From a virus, in IMG/VR virus record IMGVR_UViG_3300001336_000002, positions 1 to 64,000 of that record: a DNA stretch of 64,000 nucleotides; one strand, given 5' to 3'. Below, one piece after another: positions 10,801 through 19,814 of this stretch (its first letter is position 1; each line of letters starts with the position of its first letter). The translations under genes and the position numbers were made by a program. Under the pieces are notes generated by a model. The model was not told the DNA's origin. It was given only the letters and a program-made list of their open reading frames with translations, and ran no database searches.

Positions 10801-11140
10801 TTATATTATTCTTGCTGGATCTAACAGAATTGTTGAGGCAATTCCTGTGGACGAGATACGAGAAAGCAGTTCTGCGCTTATCAAATTCCTAAACTATAAG
10901 CAACTTCCTTATGGAAATGATGAGCACTATGTGCTATCGTTTAAAACAAGAGTAACTAAAACCAATAAAAGAATGGGCACGCTAGTCCTTGCAGATAGCG
11001 GAAGAGAATTGAGAAGCCTCGTTGTATTTCCTAGTGCTTTCCCCAAGGCTTACGTTGGGCTACAGGCTGGATCAGCCTACAAAATTGACTACACGATTAA
11101 CAAGGATGATGACCTTATTTTCCAAGATGTAGTGGTATAA
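7871..11140 (+). CDS. dnaE: DNA polymerase III alpha subunit
   Basis: PHP HLHTHFS/TDHG, GPGRGSSAGSL, FPDVDSD, KIDALGL, FNKSHA; no intein. Confidence 0.96.
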   Translation: MYNYAPLHLHTHFSQMDGVATPEEYVDRAIENGMGAISITDHGTLSGHRAMYRAAKSRGIKPILGVEGYITSDRFDKRDKAERTTPLDLVYNHIIILAKNDKGLENLGRLNEISWTEGFYRKPRIDFEVLENFREGLIVSSACMSGLVNKAIEVGDYAVAKAHLKWFGDRFGEDFYVEVMPHNPPEINKALIELADAAGHKIIVTPDCHHATVDQKVIQEIMLINNTHAKIQKDVTYDKSRKIEDPMSRLDYLYGQDRMMSFNKFDIHLLNGEEMHEAMGEFSRQDMFDNTLEVAEKVEEYTFSRNLNLLPVEHKDPDKQIKKYVDAWIKENGLEDNEEYVNRINEELSIIKEKEFSSYFLVVQNMLNWAKKEGIMVGPGRGSSAGSLVCYALGITDIDPIKHGLLFFRFIDIDRDDFPDVDSDIQDSRREEVKEYLERQYRYVASIATFLQFKDKGVVRDVARCFNVPLADVNRALKTVDTWEEFISSKNTQWFRDKYPEIEVYADQLRGRIRGTGVHAAGVVTSKIPISKIAPMETRNVTGSDTRLPVVAVDMEEAADIGLIKIDALGLKTLTVINDCLNIIEERTGKKPDLKALDMEDRNIYHMLSEGHTKGVFQCEAAPYTNLLVKMGVSKFNELVASNALVRPGAMNTIGKEYILRKQGKQGIAYASPIMKEFTEDTYGTILYQEQVMLACVHLGGMTMGQANKVRKIIGKKKDASEFDEFKELFVRNATGPLGGAAAEKMWHDFEAHAGYSFNKSHAVAYSTVSYWTAWLKYYYPLEFMFALLKNEKDKDARTEYLIEAKRMGIPLRLPHINDSGIDFKIEGKGIRFGMASIKYISDKIAERYISARPFTSLEEVEKFTFTKGSGVNSRALAAMNAVGALTFPDNPRNEETVRSNLYEYLNLPEFNIQIPQHYHVYITTTDEFDEKGAFILMGVVKAIKRGKGWSRVEILDQTGSIGIFDDEETTIEAGKTYIILAGSNRIVEAIPVDEIRESSSALIKFLNYKQLPYGNDEHYVLSFKTRVTKTNKRMGTLVLADSGRELRSLVVFPSAFPKAYVGLQAGSAYKIDYTINKDDDLIFQDVVV

Positions 11141-11147
11141 TTGTGGT

Positions 11148-11756
11148 ATGGATAAAAAGGGTAGGCCAACTGGAAGCAAGTATAAAATAGGCGATCTGAC
11201 TCCAACAGGAAATCTTATTATTGATATTAGTTCAAGACCGAAAAGATTTAATAAAAAAAGACAAAAGTTTGAGGGGGATGGAAATGACTTTAAGATAAGA
11301 TGTTCTGTATGCAACGATCCACAAAATGATAGATGGACAAATAAGGTTTCAGAGGTTTATAGGTGTAAGCCATGCTATACAAAAACTCAAAAAATAGAAA
11401 GAAATACAGACAGCACTTATAAAGTTTTATTTGCAACAGTAAAAAGTGGGGCAAGAAAACGAGGATATAAATTTAACATTACACTTGATGAATTCAAAGC
11501 AATTGTTATAAAAAAATGCTATTGGTGCGGAGAAGACGCGCCGCTAAAAAATCCACAAAGTTATAAAATGCCAACACTACCCGCCCCAGCACACGGTATA
11601 GATAGGCTTGATAATTCTGTCGGATACGTGTACGATAATTGTGTTGCAAGTTGTCGTGTTTGCAATGTTGCAAAAAATAATTCCTCTATTGAAGAATTTA
11701 GACTTTGGATAAAAAAAATTTATAAATATCAATTTCAGGAGGTAATAAGTGCTTAA
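11148..11756 (+). CDS. HNH-type homing endonuclease
   Basis: CYWCG...GIDRLDNSVGYVYDNCVASCRVCNVAK. Confidence 0.75.
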   Translation: MDKKGRPTGSKYKIGDLTPTGNLIIDISSRPKRFNKKRQKFEGDGNDFKIRCSVCNDPQNDRWTNKVSEVYRCKPCYTKTQKIERNTDSTYKVLFATVKSGARKRGYKFNITLDEFKAIVIKKCYWCGEDAPLKNPQSYKMPTLPAPAHGIDRLDNSVGYVYDNCVASCRVCNVAKNNSSIEEFRLWIKKIYKYQFQEVISA

Positions 11757-12093
11757 TGATTTAGACGACACAGCGTTCACGTTGAATGCTCATGCAAGAG
11801 AAAAGGGATTTTGGAGCCCACTAGAAAGAATGGAAAAGCAGGACCATATTATCTTTTACCTGAAACAACTTCAGATGATTAATACTGAGGTTAGTGAGGT
11901 AACAGAAGCAATGAGAAAAGAAAAGGGGGACGACCAAGTGGTTGAAGAATTAGCAGATATTTTGGTTCGGCTCCTAGACCTGTATGGTGGACTAGCGACA
12001 GAAGGATACACAAAAGAATCATTGCAAAAACATTTTAACGATAAGGTTGAAAAGAATCTTTCACGACCAAAGATGCATGGAGTTTTAGCGTGA
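11749..12093 (+). CDS. MazG-like NTP pyrophosphohydrolase
   Basis: EVSEVTEAMRK...EELADILVRLLD. Confidence 0.85.
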   Translation: MLNDLDDTAFTLNAHAREKGFWSPLERMEKQDHIIFYLKQLQMINTEVSEVTEAMRKEKGDDQVVEELADILVRLLDLYGGLATEGYTKESLQKHFNDKVEKNLSRPKMHGVLA

Positions 12094-13100
12094 CCAATGT
12101 AGAAGATGTTCTTGCTAATCTAAATCCTAAGTTAAGAAAAAAGGTTAGCATTGGATCAGAGATTGAAAACGTTCGATTTGCTGAAACACCGTCTTATGGA
12201 TTGAATTCTGCCCTAAATGGTGGACTCCCCTACGGCAGGCAGATTCTTATATGGGGAAATAAAAGTTCTGGTAAGTCATCGTTTTGTCTACAAATTCTTG
12301 CGGGGGAACAAAAGAAGGGAAAAGTATGTGCATGGATAGACGCAGAAATGACATTTTCTCCAGAGTGGGCTACCCGATTAGGCGTAGACACAGAGAATCT
12401 TATTGTGTCAACAGCAAGAACAGTCAACGATATGGTGGATGTTGCCACCGATCTAATGAAAGCGGGGGTAGACGTTATTGTGGTTGACTCTATCTCTGCT
12501 CTTCTTCCTGCTGTTTATTTTGAAAAAGATAGCACAGAACTTAAGCAACTAGAAAACACTAAACAGATGGGGGCGGAAGCAAGAGATATGGCCAATGCCG
12601 TCAAGATGCTTAACTATGCCAACAATCAGGATAAGCCAACCCTATTAATTCTTATTAGTCAATCAAGAAATAACCTCGGCTCCATGTATGTAAATCTTAT
12701 TCCTACTGGGGGCAAGGCTGTTCAGTTTTATTCTTCAACTATCATTAAACTGTTTTCCTCTGAGTCTGATAACCAGGCAATAAAGGGTAAACTGTATGTG
12801 GGAGACAGAATCATTGAAGAAAAAATTGGTAGAAAAGTAAGATGGGATGTTCAGTTTTCTAAAACGTCTCCTGCATTTCAAACTGGAGAATACGACTTTT
12901 ATTTTCGTGGAGATGATGTCGGCATTGATAGCATTGCTGACCTTGTTGATACTGCTGAGTCGATGGGGCTGGTAGAGCGAGCAGGGGCTTGGTATACAGT
13001 TGAAGGTGAAAGGTTCCAGGGTAGAGATAAACTCGTCTTAGGAGTTAAAGAGAACTTAGATATTCAGGAATTACTAATAAAGAAAGTGACTAATGCCTAG
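12090..13100 (+). CDS. recA: RecA/UvsX recombinase
   Basis: GNKSSGKS, WIDAE, IVVDSISAL, TGGKAVQFYSS, GAWY. Confidence 0.93.
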   Translation: MTNVEDVLANLNPKLRKKVSIGSEIENVRFAETPSYGLNSALNGGLPYGRQILIWGNKSSGKSSFCLQILAGEQKKGKVCAWIDAEMTFSPEWATRLGVDTENLIVSTARTVNDMVDVATDLMKAGVDVIVVDSISALLPAVYFEKDSTELKQLENTKQMGAEARDMANAVKMLNYANNQDKPTLLILISQSRNNLGSMYVNLIPTGGKAVQFYSSTIIKLFSSESDNQAIKGKLYVGDRIIEEKIGRKVRWDVQFSKTSPAFQTGEYDFYFRGDDVGIDSIADLVDTAESMGLVERAGAWYTVEGERFQGRDKLVLGVKENLDIQELLIKKVTNA

Positions 13101-13251
13101 TAAATATACTGTTTATGAGGGATTGTTTGTCTGTCAAAAATGCAACGAAGAAGTATCCTCTGCTAGATTCTGGAAAGATACATATGATTTTACCTGGATG
13201 TGTTCCTGTAAAAATGTTTCCAAAGTAAATCTCTATGGAAGGGGGTACTAA
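13093..13251 (+). CDS. Small Cys-rich protein (52 aa, not in ORF track)
   Basis: MPSKYTVYEGLFVCQKC...CSCK; overlaps recA stop and next start. Confidence 0.6.
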   Translation: MPSKYTVYEGLFVCQKCNEEVSSARFWKDTYDFTWMCSCKNVSKVNLYGRGY

Positions 13252-13547
13252 TGAGTGAAAAATCAGAGTTAAAAAAAATAGGTGCAAAGCCTCATAAAAA
13301 TAGCGGCAGAGGAAGATACCAAAAAGCCGATGGAAGCCTTGATGGATATGTTGTAGACGTTAAAGAGTATTCTAAATCTTTTTCTGTCAATAAAGATGTG
13401 TGGGCAAAAATTGTAATGGATACAATGCAGGTAGATAAAAATAAATCTCCAGCACTAATGATTGTCCTTGGAGAACAGCACAAGACCCGTCTTGCTATAA
13501 TTGAATGGTCTGAATTTGAAAGGCTAATAGACAATGACAACTCTTGA
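13251..13547 (+). CDS. Holliday-junction-resolvase-like PD-(D/E)XK nuclease
   Basis: NSGRG..KADG...VDVKE motif. Confidence 0.6.
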   Translation: MSEKSELKKIGAKPHKNSGRGRYQKADGSLDGYVVDVKEYSKSFSVNKDVWAKIVMDTMQVDKNKSPALMIVLGEQHKTRLAIIEWSEFERLIDNDNS

Positions 13548-13830
13548 ACAGGTAAACGATCTGTATGAGATTGCAGAATATATGGATGACCCTGAATTAA
13601 CTCAGGCGCTAGAATTTATTGCTAAAGTAATTTTTAAACCAGATGTTCCAATTCAAGTTGTAACAACTGAATTGGTAAGACTGCAAGCAATTGCTGCTAA
13701 GATGGCAATGAAGGCCACGTTTATGGCTAATGTAGATAAAAGTAATAGAGCAAAAAAGAATCTGTACTATACCGCTGCCGAACAAATAGATAAAGTTTGT
13801 GGTAGCCTAAAGTACCTAACAAAGGGATAA
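13534..13830 (+). CDS. Hypothetical helical protein
   Basis: Coupled ORF in recombination cluster. Confidence 0.6.
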   Translation: MTTLEQVNDLYEIAEYMDDPELTQALEFIAKVIFKPDVPIQVVTTELVRLQAIAAKMAMKATFMANVDKSNRAKKNLYYTAAEQIDKVCGSLKYLTKG

Positions 13831-13831
13831 T

Positions 13832-14599
13832 ATGGCTAAGAATTTTTTGAAACAAGTTTTAGACAAGCAACATGAAGGCCCAATAGATACCAAGGCGCTG
13901 ATTGAAAAAATTGAATCTGGATATGTAGCAAACAGGCAGCCAGAGTTCAAGACAAAGAAAACATTTAGCCCGTCATCATTAGTGTATGGCAATGGAGCGT
14001 GCCCAAGATATTGGTTCCTTGCATTTTCAGGTGCAGAGTTTGAGGATGATGTAGATGCATATGCGGTAGCCAACATGGGAAGCGGAACACACGCCCATGA
14101 AAGAATCCAGAAAGCAATAGAAGATGCTGGAATCATGGTAGAAAAAGAAAAAAGAATTATCGCTCAAGATCCACCCATCTTTGGATTTGCAGATGCAGTA
14201 ATCCAATGGGAAGAAGATCAGCCAGTTGTTGAAATTAAAACAATGAGAGAAGAGTCTTTCGCTTATAGGCGTCATGCTAAACCACCAAACTATCACTTGA
14301 TGCAATTGCTTATCTATATGAAGGTGCTTGGGAAAAAACTAGGGATTCTTCTTTATGAATCAAAGAATTCTCACGAACTACATGCTATTCCAGTAGAAGT
14401 AAATGAGAATTACAAGGGATGGATGGACTATGCCTTTGACTGGATGAGAAAGGTTCGGGCGCAATGGGAGTCTGGAGAAATTCCACAAAAGCCATATCGA
14501 TCAAACTCTAAGGTATGCAAGGGCTGCCCTCTGGCAAAAACTTGTGCGGTAGCAGATAAGGGAAGTATTAAAATAGAGCCCCTGGAGTATCTTGAATGA
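13832..14599 (+). CDS. Cas4-like PD-(D/E)XK exonuclease
   Basis: CPRYW, GTHAHE, GFADAVI...VEIKT, QLLIY, C-x2-CP-x4-C Fe-S ligands. Confidence 0.85.
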   Translation: MAKNFLKQVLDKQHEGPIDTKALIEKIESGYVANRQPEFKTKKTFSPSSLVYGNGACPRYWFLAFSGAEFEDDVDAYAVANMGSGTHAHERIQKAIEDAGIMVEKEKRIIAQDPPIFGFADAVIQWEEDQPVVEIKTMREESFAYRRHAKPPNYHLMQLLIYMKVLGKKLGILLYESKNSHELHAIPVEVNENYKGWMDYAFDWMRKVRAQWESGEIPQKPYRSNSKVCKGCPLAKTCAVADKGSIKIEPLEYLE

Positions 14600-14892
14600 A
14601 AAACTGCGACTGGTGTTCTAATGAATTCCAGCCCAATGTGAGTTACCAAATTTATTGCTCTGTTGAGTGTCGTCAACTAGCAACTAAAGAAAAAGTAAAT
14701 GAAAGATATAGAATTAAAAAAAGAACAAGGCACAGCAAAAAGGAAAAAAGATGTGCTGGAGGATGTGGAACCCTCTTAAGCATGTACAATGAATCTAAGT
14801 TTTGTTCCAGATGTATGACAAACAACAAAGACGTTCTGCGTGCGCTTAAAGAACTTAAAGGAATAATTGAATATGAAAAATTTGATAAATAG
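14596..14892 (+). CDS. Zinc-finger protein
   Basis: CDWC..YCSVEC..CAGGC..CSRC. Confidence 0.6.
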   Translation: MKNCDWCSNEFQPNVSYQIYCSVECRQLATKEKVNERYRIKKRTRHSKKEKRCAGGCGTLLSMYNESKFCSRCMTNNKDVLRALKELKGIIEYEKFDK

Positions 14893-15439
14893 ACCAGAAT
14901 CTTTTTGTGCAATTGATGCAAGCACAAACTCCCTTGCATTTGCATATTTTAAAAATGATAGTTTAGAACAATGGGGTAAAATAAAATATTTTGGTAACGA
15001 TATTTATGAAAAAATTGTAGACATATCACTAAAAACTAAATTATTTTTTGATAGATTTCCAGAATTAGACTATATTGTTATTGAGCAGGTAATATACCTA
15101 AACTCTCCAAAGACTGCTGCCAATCTTGCCATGAGCCACGGAGCCCTGGTAGGCGCTGCAGCGGCATCAGGAGTAAAGAATATTGCTAGTGTTAGTCCCA
15201 TGGTTTGGCAAAACTGGTCGGGAAATAAAAGGCTGACCCTTGATGAAAAGAACGCTATACGAGATGCCAATCCAGGCAAGACAAATTCTTGGTACAAATC
15301 CCAAGAAAGATTGTTTAGAAAGCAAAGAACAATAAGATTTGTTAATGATAGATTTGGCACCAAGATTGATGATGATGACATAGCAGATGCAGTTGCGATA
15401 GGCTCCTGGACTCTGGAAAATTGGAAGAAGGTGTTTTAA
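14873..15439 (+). CDS. RuvC-like resolvase
   Basis: AIDASTNSLAFA, IVIEQ, DDDIADAVAIG. Confidence 0.8.
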   Translation: MKNLINRPESFCAIDASTNSLAFAYFKNDSLEQWGKIKYFGNDIYEKIVDISLKTKLFFDRFPELDYIVIEQVIYLNSPKTAANLAMSHGALVGAAAASGVKNIASVSPMVWQNWSGNKRLTLDEKNAIRDANPGKTNSWYKSQERLFRKQRTIRFVNDRFGTKIDDDDIADAVAIGSWTLENWKKVF

Positions 15440-15589
15440 TTGCCAAGAGGCAGTTCTCTTCATCATTCAGAAGCATATTTGAAAAAACGTTTGCATTTAG
15501 ACAAAAAGACCCCGCAAGAAATTGCAAAAGAATGCAATGTTAGTATCCAAGTTATTTATCGTCAAATGAAAAAGTTTGGTCTTAAATGA
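15440..15589 (+). CDS. Small HTH protein (49 aa, TTG start, not in ORF track)
   Basis: KKTPQEIAKECNVSIQVIYRQMKKFGL. Confidence 0.6.
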   Translation: MPRGSSLHHSEAYLKKRLHLDKKTPQEIAKECNVSIQVIYRQMKKFGLK

Positions 15590-16089
15590 AAAAGTATTTG
15601 ATTATAGGTCTTGAGTCAACTTGTACGAGAATAGTTTCACGACTAATAGCATTGAATTTGGGGCTTATATCTGATATAAATGAGTGGAACGGGGAAGATG
15701 TAATTGAGTCTGATGAGTATTCGGTAACACACAGAAGCATTCCTCATGGATCAAGACTAGAAAAAAGAACGTTCCCATCATTAAAAGATGTGTTAGATTT
15801 TGATGTAGTTGTTGTTACTTCAAGAGATATTAATTGCTCCCTACAGTCCAAGACGATATCTCATCAGCCAGATATAGACATTGCAATAAGAGAAAACAGT
15901 ATTGGAATTCAAAACTTAAAAGAAATTATAAAAAATAAAAATGCAATTATTTTTTCTTATGAGTCTGCACAAGTTTTTCAAGATGCATATGTTAATCAAT
16001 TTTTAAAAAGTCTTGACATAAGTAATCCAATTGCGATACAATTTGAAAACATAAACAAGAAATACTTTATAAGGAAAAAAGATGAGTGA
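15586..16089 (+). CDS. Hypothetical protein, possibly sulfotransferase-like fold
   Basis: IIGLESTCTR resembles a degenerate PAPS-binding loop; later RD and YE motifs. Confidence 0.35.
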   Translation: MKKYLIIGLESTCTRIVSRLIALNLGLISDINEWNGEDVIESDEYSVTHRSIPHGSRLEKRTFPSLKDVLDFDVVVVTSRDINCSLQSKTISHQPDIDIAIRENSIGIQNLKEIIKNKNAIIFSYESAQVFQDAYVNQFLKSLDISNPIAIQFENINKKYFIRKKDE

Positions 16090-16318
16090 TCAAGTAAATC
16101 ATCCAGTTCACTATACGTCTCATCCCAGCGGTATTGAGACGATTCAAATAACAGAGCATATGAATTTTTGCTTGGGAAATGCCATCAAGTATATAATGAG
16201 GTCTGAATTAAAAGGAAAACAAATAGAGGATCTAAGAAAAGCAATTTGGTATATCAACAGAGAAATTGAAAGATTGGAGAAGCAAAATGGGTCGAAGGAA
16301 AAAGTACAAGAATCTTAA
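16082..16318 (+). CDS. DUF3310-family protein
   Basis: VNHPVHY...GNAIKYIMR...EDLRKAIWYI. Confidence 0.85.
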   Translation: MSDQVNHPVHYTSHPSGIETIQITEHMNFCLGNAIKYIMRSELKGKQIEDLRKAIWYINREIERLEKQNGSKEKVQES

Positions 16319-16574
16319 TCCAAACGCACATCTTTTTGTTACTGCCGACAATTATCAAATTCCAGATTCTAATAGGGTGATTGAAGAGGGAGAGATTATT
16401 AAAATTGTGGGGGAGCACGGTAAAAAGTTTCAGTTTAAGCAGCATGTTGTCAGAACAGATACAGGAGTAGAGTGGATTGATTGCTATCAATTAGAGAAGG
16501 GGCTGTTTGCTGGATGGAGATCCTTTAGGCCAAACAGGATTAAGCCTCTTCCCAAGAAAAGAAGGCGTACATAA
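16287..16574 (+). CDS. Hypothetical protein
   Basis: ORF with basic termini. Confidence 0.55.
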   Translation: MGRRKKYKNLNPNAHLFVTADNYQIPDSNRVIEEGEIIKIVGEHGKKFQFKQHVVRTDTGVEWIDCYQLEKGLFAGWRSFRPNRIKPLPKKRRRT

Positions 16575-16590
16575 TATATAATGGGGAATC

Positions 16591-17115
16591 ATGACTGAAA
16601 TACTTGATCACATTGAAGAAGTAAATAGAGTTGCTTCAGAGTATATAAAGGGTCTTAATGAGACAGAGATCTCTAAGGAACTTGATATTCCAAAGGCCAG
16701 GGTATCGTCTTTGCTTAGAGAGTGGAAGACAATGGCTAGCAATTCTGAGGCAGTAAGAGCAAGGGCAAGAGAAGCACTTGCTGGAGCAGATCAGCATTAT
16801 TCAAAATTAATTAAGCAAGCATATGAAGTTATTGATGAGGCAAACCAGAGTGCCGCCCTTGGTGCAAAAAATCAAGCAATCAAACTAATCCTTGATATTG
16901 AGTCAAGAAGGATTGAGATGTTGCAAAAGGCGGGGCTATTAGAAAATAAAGAACTTGCTGATCAATTGCTGGAAACAGAAAGAAAGCAAGAACTGCTGAT
17001 TGGTATTTTACAAGACGTTGCCTCTAAGTACCCAACAATTAAAACTGAAATTCTAACCAGGCTGGCCCAGGTTGCTGGTGAAAATGGAAAGCCAGTAGTC
17101 ATATATGATTCTTAA
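16591..17115 (+). CDS. Putative terminase small subunit
   Basis: N-terminal HTH (ETEISKELDIPKARVSSLL) and helical body upstream of TerL. Confidence 0.6.
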   Translation: MTEILDHIEEVNRVASEYIKGLNETEISKELDIPKARVSSLLREWKTMASNSEAVRARAREALAGADQHYSKLIKQAYEVIDEANQSAALGAKNQAIKLILDIESRRIEMLQKAGLLENKELADQLLETERKQELLIGILQDVASKYPTIKTEILTRLAQVAGENGKPVVIYDS

Positions 17116-17144
17116 AAACACATTACTTATGATATAATGTTTTT

Positions 17145-17588
17145 ATGAAATTGTGCACTGTGGATGGCTGTGAAAGAAAAATGTCTGCGAGGGGCCTGTG
17201 TCCAAAGCATTATTATAGAAATAAAACATATGGAGATCCTAACATAGTTAGATTTCCTTGGAGAGAGGACAGATCTTGCTCTATTCCAAATTGTCCAAAC
17301 GAACATGAGGCAAAAGGATATTGCAGGGTACATTATTTAGTAATGAGAAAATTTAAAATATCACATGAAGATTATGTAGCAAAACTATCAAAGTCTAATG
17401 GTAAGTGTGATATTTGTAAAAAAGAATGTGCTCATGGCAAGGCTCTATCTTTAGACCATGACCATGATACAAACAAAGTCAGGGGTATGCTATGCGCCCC
17501 CTGCAACTTAGCACTAGGTGGCTTTACTGATAGCGTTGAAGTTTTACAGTCTGCAATAAACTATCTTAATTATTGGGGAAAACAATGA
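17145..17588 (+). CDS. Endonuclease VII-type homing endonuclease
   Basis: CDIC...LDHDHDTNKVRGMLCAPCNLALG; two N-terminal C/H zinc repeats. Confidence 0.85.
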   Translation: MKLCTVDGCERKMSARGLCPKHYYRNKTYGDPNIVRFPWREDRSCSIPNCPNEHEAKGYCRVHYLVMRKFKISHEDYVAKLSKSNGKCDICKKECAHGKALSLDHDHDTNKVRGMLCAPCNLALGGFTDSVEVLQSAINYLNYWGKQ

Positions 17589-19372
17589 GTTTAGATTTCT
17601 CTGATTTTTTTTCTGCGCTAGATGACGACCCGTTTGAAGAAACCCCAGTAGACTTTGAAACATTTGTTTATGGAGAAGATTTTTTAAATCAGCCAGAATT
17701 ATCACAAATTCAAAAAGATCTTGTTGAAGCAATGAGTCAGATTTATAAAGAAGAAGACTTGATAAGAATTATGGGGGAACAAGAAGGAAGAAAACATTAT
17801 AAAAAATATACGAAATCTGAGGTAATTCTTCAGTTGGGCAAAGGAAGTGGAAAAGACCACACCTCCACTATTGGGTGTGCGTACTTGGTGTACAAACTTC
17901 TTTGCTTAAAAGATCCAGCAAAATATTTTGGCAAACCTCCAGGTGATGCTATCGACATTATCAATATTGCGCTCAATGCTGAACAAGCAAAGAATGTTTA
18001 TTACAAGGGATTTAAAAATAAAATTCAAAGATCACCCTGGTTTGCGGGTAAGTATGAAGCCAAAGTAAATGCTATCGAATTTGATAAAGCAATAACTGTA
18101 TATTCTGGACACTCAGAAAGAGAGAGCCATGAGGGACTTAACCTTATCCTCGCCATCCTTGACGAAATTTCTGGCTTTGCCCAGGAATCTAATAGTGGTA
18201 ATGAAAATGCCAAGACTGGTGATGCAATTTATAAAGCATTCCGCGCATCAGTAGATTCACGATTCCCTGACTATGGAAAGGTAATCCTTCTCTCCTTCCC
18301 TCGTTATCCAGGAGACTTTATTTCTAAGAGATATGACCATGTTGTTGCTGAAAAAGAAGTAGAGATTAAAAAGCATACATTTATTATTAATCCAGATCTT
18401 CCAGCAGACATGGCTGAAAATCAATTTGAAATTGAGTGGGAAGAAGATCATATTCTTTCTTATAAGTATCCTGGAATATATGCAATTAAAAGGCCGACAT
18501 GGGATGCAAATCCAACTAGAAATATTAATGACTTCAAGACAGCATTTCTTGACGACTTTCCTGATGCGATGCAAAGATTTGCATGTACACCGTCCTATGT
18601 ATCCGATGCATTTTTTAAGCAAGTAGACAAACTAGAAAGATCTATGAGTAAAAGAAATCCAGTAGACTCATTCAAAAGACTTGAAGCATCTTTCCAGCCA
18701 CAAGAAGACGTTAGGTATTTCCTTCATGCGGATCTTGCACAAAAACATGACAAGTGTGCTATTGCCATAGCGCATGTTGATAAATGGGTTCAGGTGAGAA
18801 CCTTTAATGACTATACCCAGATCCATCCTCTTGTCATTGTGGACGCAATTGTTTGGTGGGAGCCAAGAAAAGAAGGCCCAGTAGACTTATCAGAGGTTAA
18901 GAATTGGATAGTTAACTTTAGGAGAGATGGGTATCAAATAGGGCTTGTTACTTTTGACCGATGGCAGAGTTTTGATATTCAACAAGAATTAAAATCCGTT
19001 GGAATAAAGACAGATACTCTTTCTGTTGCTAAAAAACATTATGAGGATTTGGCAATGTTGGTTTATGAGGAAAGAGTTATTATGCCTCACATAGATATTC
19101 TTTTAGCAGAAATGAGCCAACTAAGAATTGTTTCTGACAAGAAGGTTGATCACCCTAGAAAGGGATCTAAGGACTTGTCTGACGCAGTTACGGGTGCAGT
19201 ATATAATGCAATTGCACACACGCCTAGAAACATGAATCAAGAAATTGAAATTCATGATTGGAAATCTGTATCAAGAAAAAATGAGCGGGAAATAGGAGAA
19301 AACGTTATTGCTGCTCCCCCGCCAATGACAAAAGATATAGAAGATTATTTAGATTCATTCGGAATGCTATAG
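17585..19372 (+). CDS. terL: Terminase large subunit
   Basis: GKGSGKD Walker A, AILDE Walker B, HADLA and KDLSDA nuclease residues. Confidence 0.9.
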   Translation: MSLDFSDFFSALDDDPFEETPVDFETFVYGEDFLNQPELSQIQKDLVEAMSQIYKEEDLIRIMGEQEGRKHYKKYTKSEVILQLGKGSGKDHTSTIGCAYLVYKLLCLKDPAKYFGKPPGDAIDIINIALNAEQAKNVYYKGFKNKIQRSPWFAGKYEAKVNAIEFDKAITVYSGHSERESHEGLNLILAILDEISGFAQESNSGNENAKTGDAIYKAFRASVDSRFPDYGKVILLSFPRYPGDFISKRYDHVVAEKEVEIKKHTFIINPDLPADMAENQFEIEWEEDHILSYKYPGIYAIKRPTWDANPTRNINDFKTAFLDDFPDAMQRFACTPSYVSDAFFKQVDKLERSMSKRNPVDSFKRLEASFQPQEDVRYFLHADLAQKHDKCAIAIAHVDKWVQVRTFNDYTQIHPLVIVDAIVWWEPRKEGPVDLSEVKNWIVNFRRDGYQIGLVTFDRWQSFDIQQELKSVGIKTDTLSVAKKHYEDLAMLVYEERVIMPHIDILLAEMSQLRIVSDKKVDHPRKGSKDLSDAVTGAVYNAIAHTPRNMNQEIEIHDWKSVSRKNEREIGENVIAAPPPMTKDIEDYLDSFGML

Positions 19373-19569
19373 GAGAAATTAAAATGATATTTGTAACTAT
19401 TTTCTTATTTATTACTTTGTTTTTGTTTATGTATAATGCTACATTCAGCATCGTTTCTTTGTCTAATAATCAGGGCAATGATACAAAAATTACTTCCATT
19501 GCACTAGTTTTAACCTTATTCTTGATTTCCTTGAACGTCGCCTCTATAATTATAGTATTGTAAAAATGA

Positions 19570-19645
19570 GCGGCGATGGCCAAGTCTGGTGAAGGCGTCT
19601 GTCTTATAAGCAGAAGATGCGTGGGTTCAAATCCCACTCGCCGCA
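19570..19645 (+). tRNA. tRNA-Ile (anticodon TAT)
   Basis: GCGGCGA/TCGCCGC acceptor, TCTGT-CTTATAA-GCAGA anticodon arm, GTGGG-TTCAAAT-CCCAC T arm. Confidence 0.88.
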
Positions 19646-19814
19646 CAGGTGCTATAATTAAATATATAAAATAAGGAGTGATGAATAGTGTCAGAACCAG
19701 TTGATGTATTAGAGGATATGGCGGATATTGATCTTACCGCCCCCATTCCTGGCGATTGGGAGCCAGTAGAAGATGACTCTATTTTTGAGACAAGAGACAA
19801 GGATGAGGATGCAA

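Noticed and set aside
13832-14599. Cas4-like gene as part of a CRISPR system
   Set aside because: No cas1/cas2 or repeat-spacer array; it sits in a RecA/resolvase cluster as a stand-alone phage exonuclease
7871-19372. Inteins or introns in dnaE, recA or terL
   Set aside because: Proteins are of normal length with contiguous motifs and no splicing signatures
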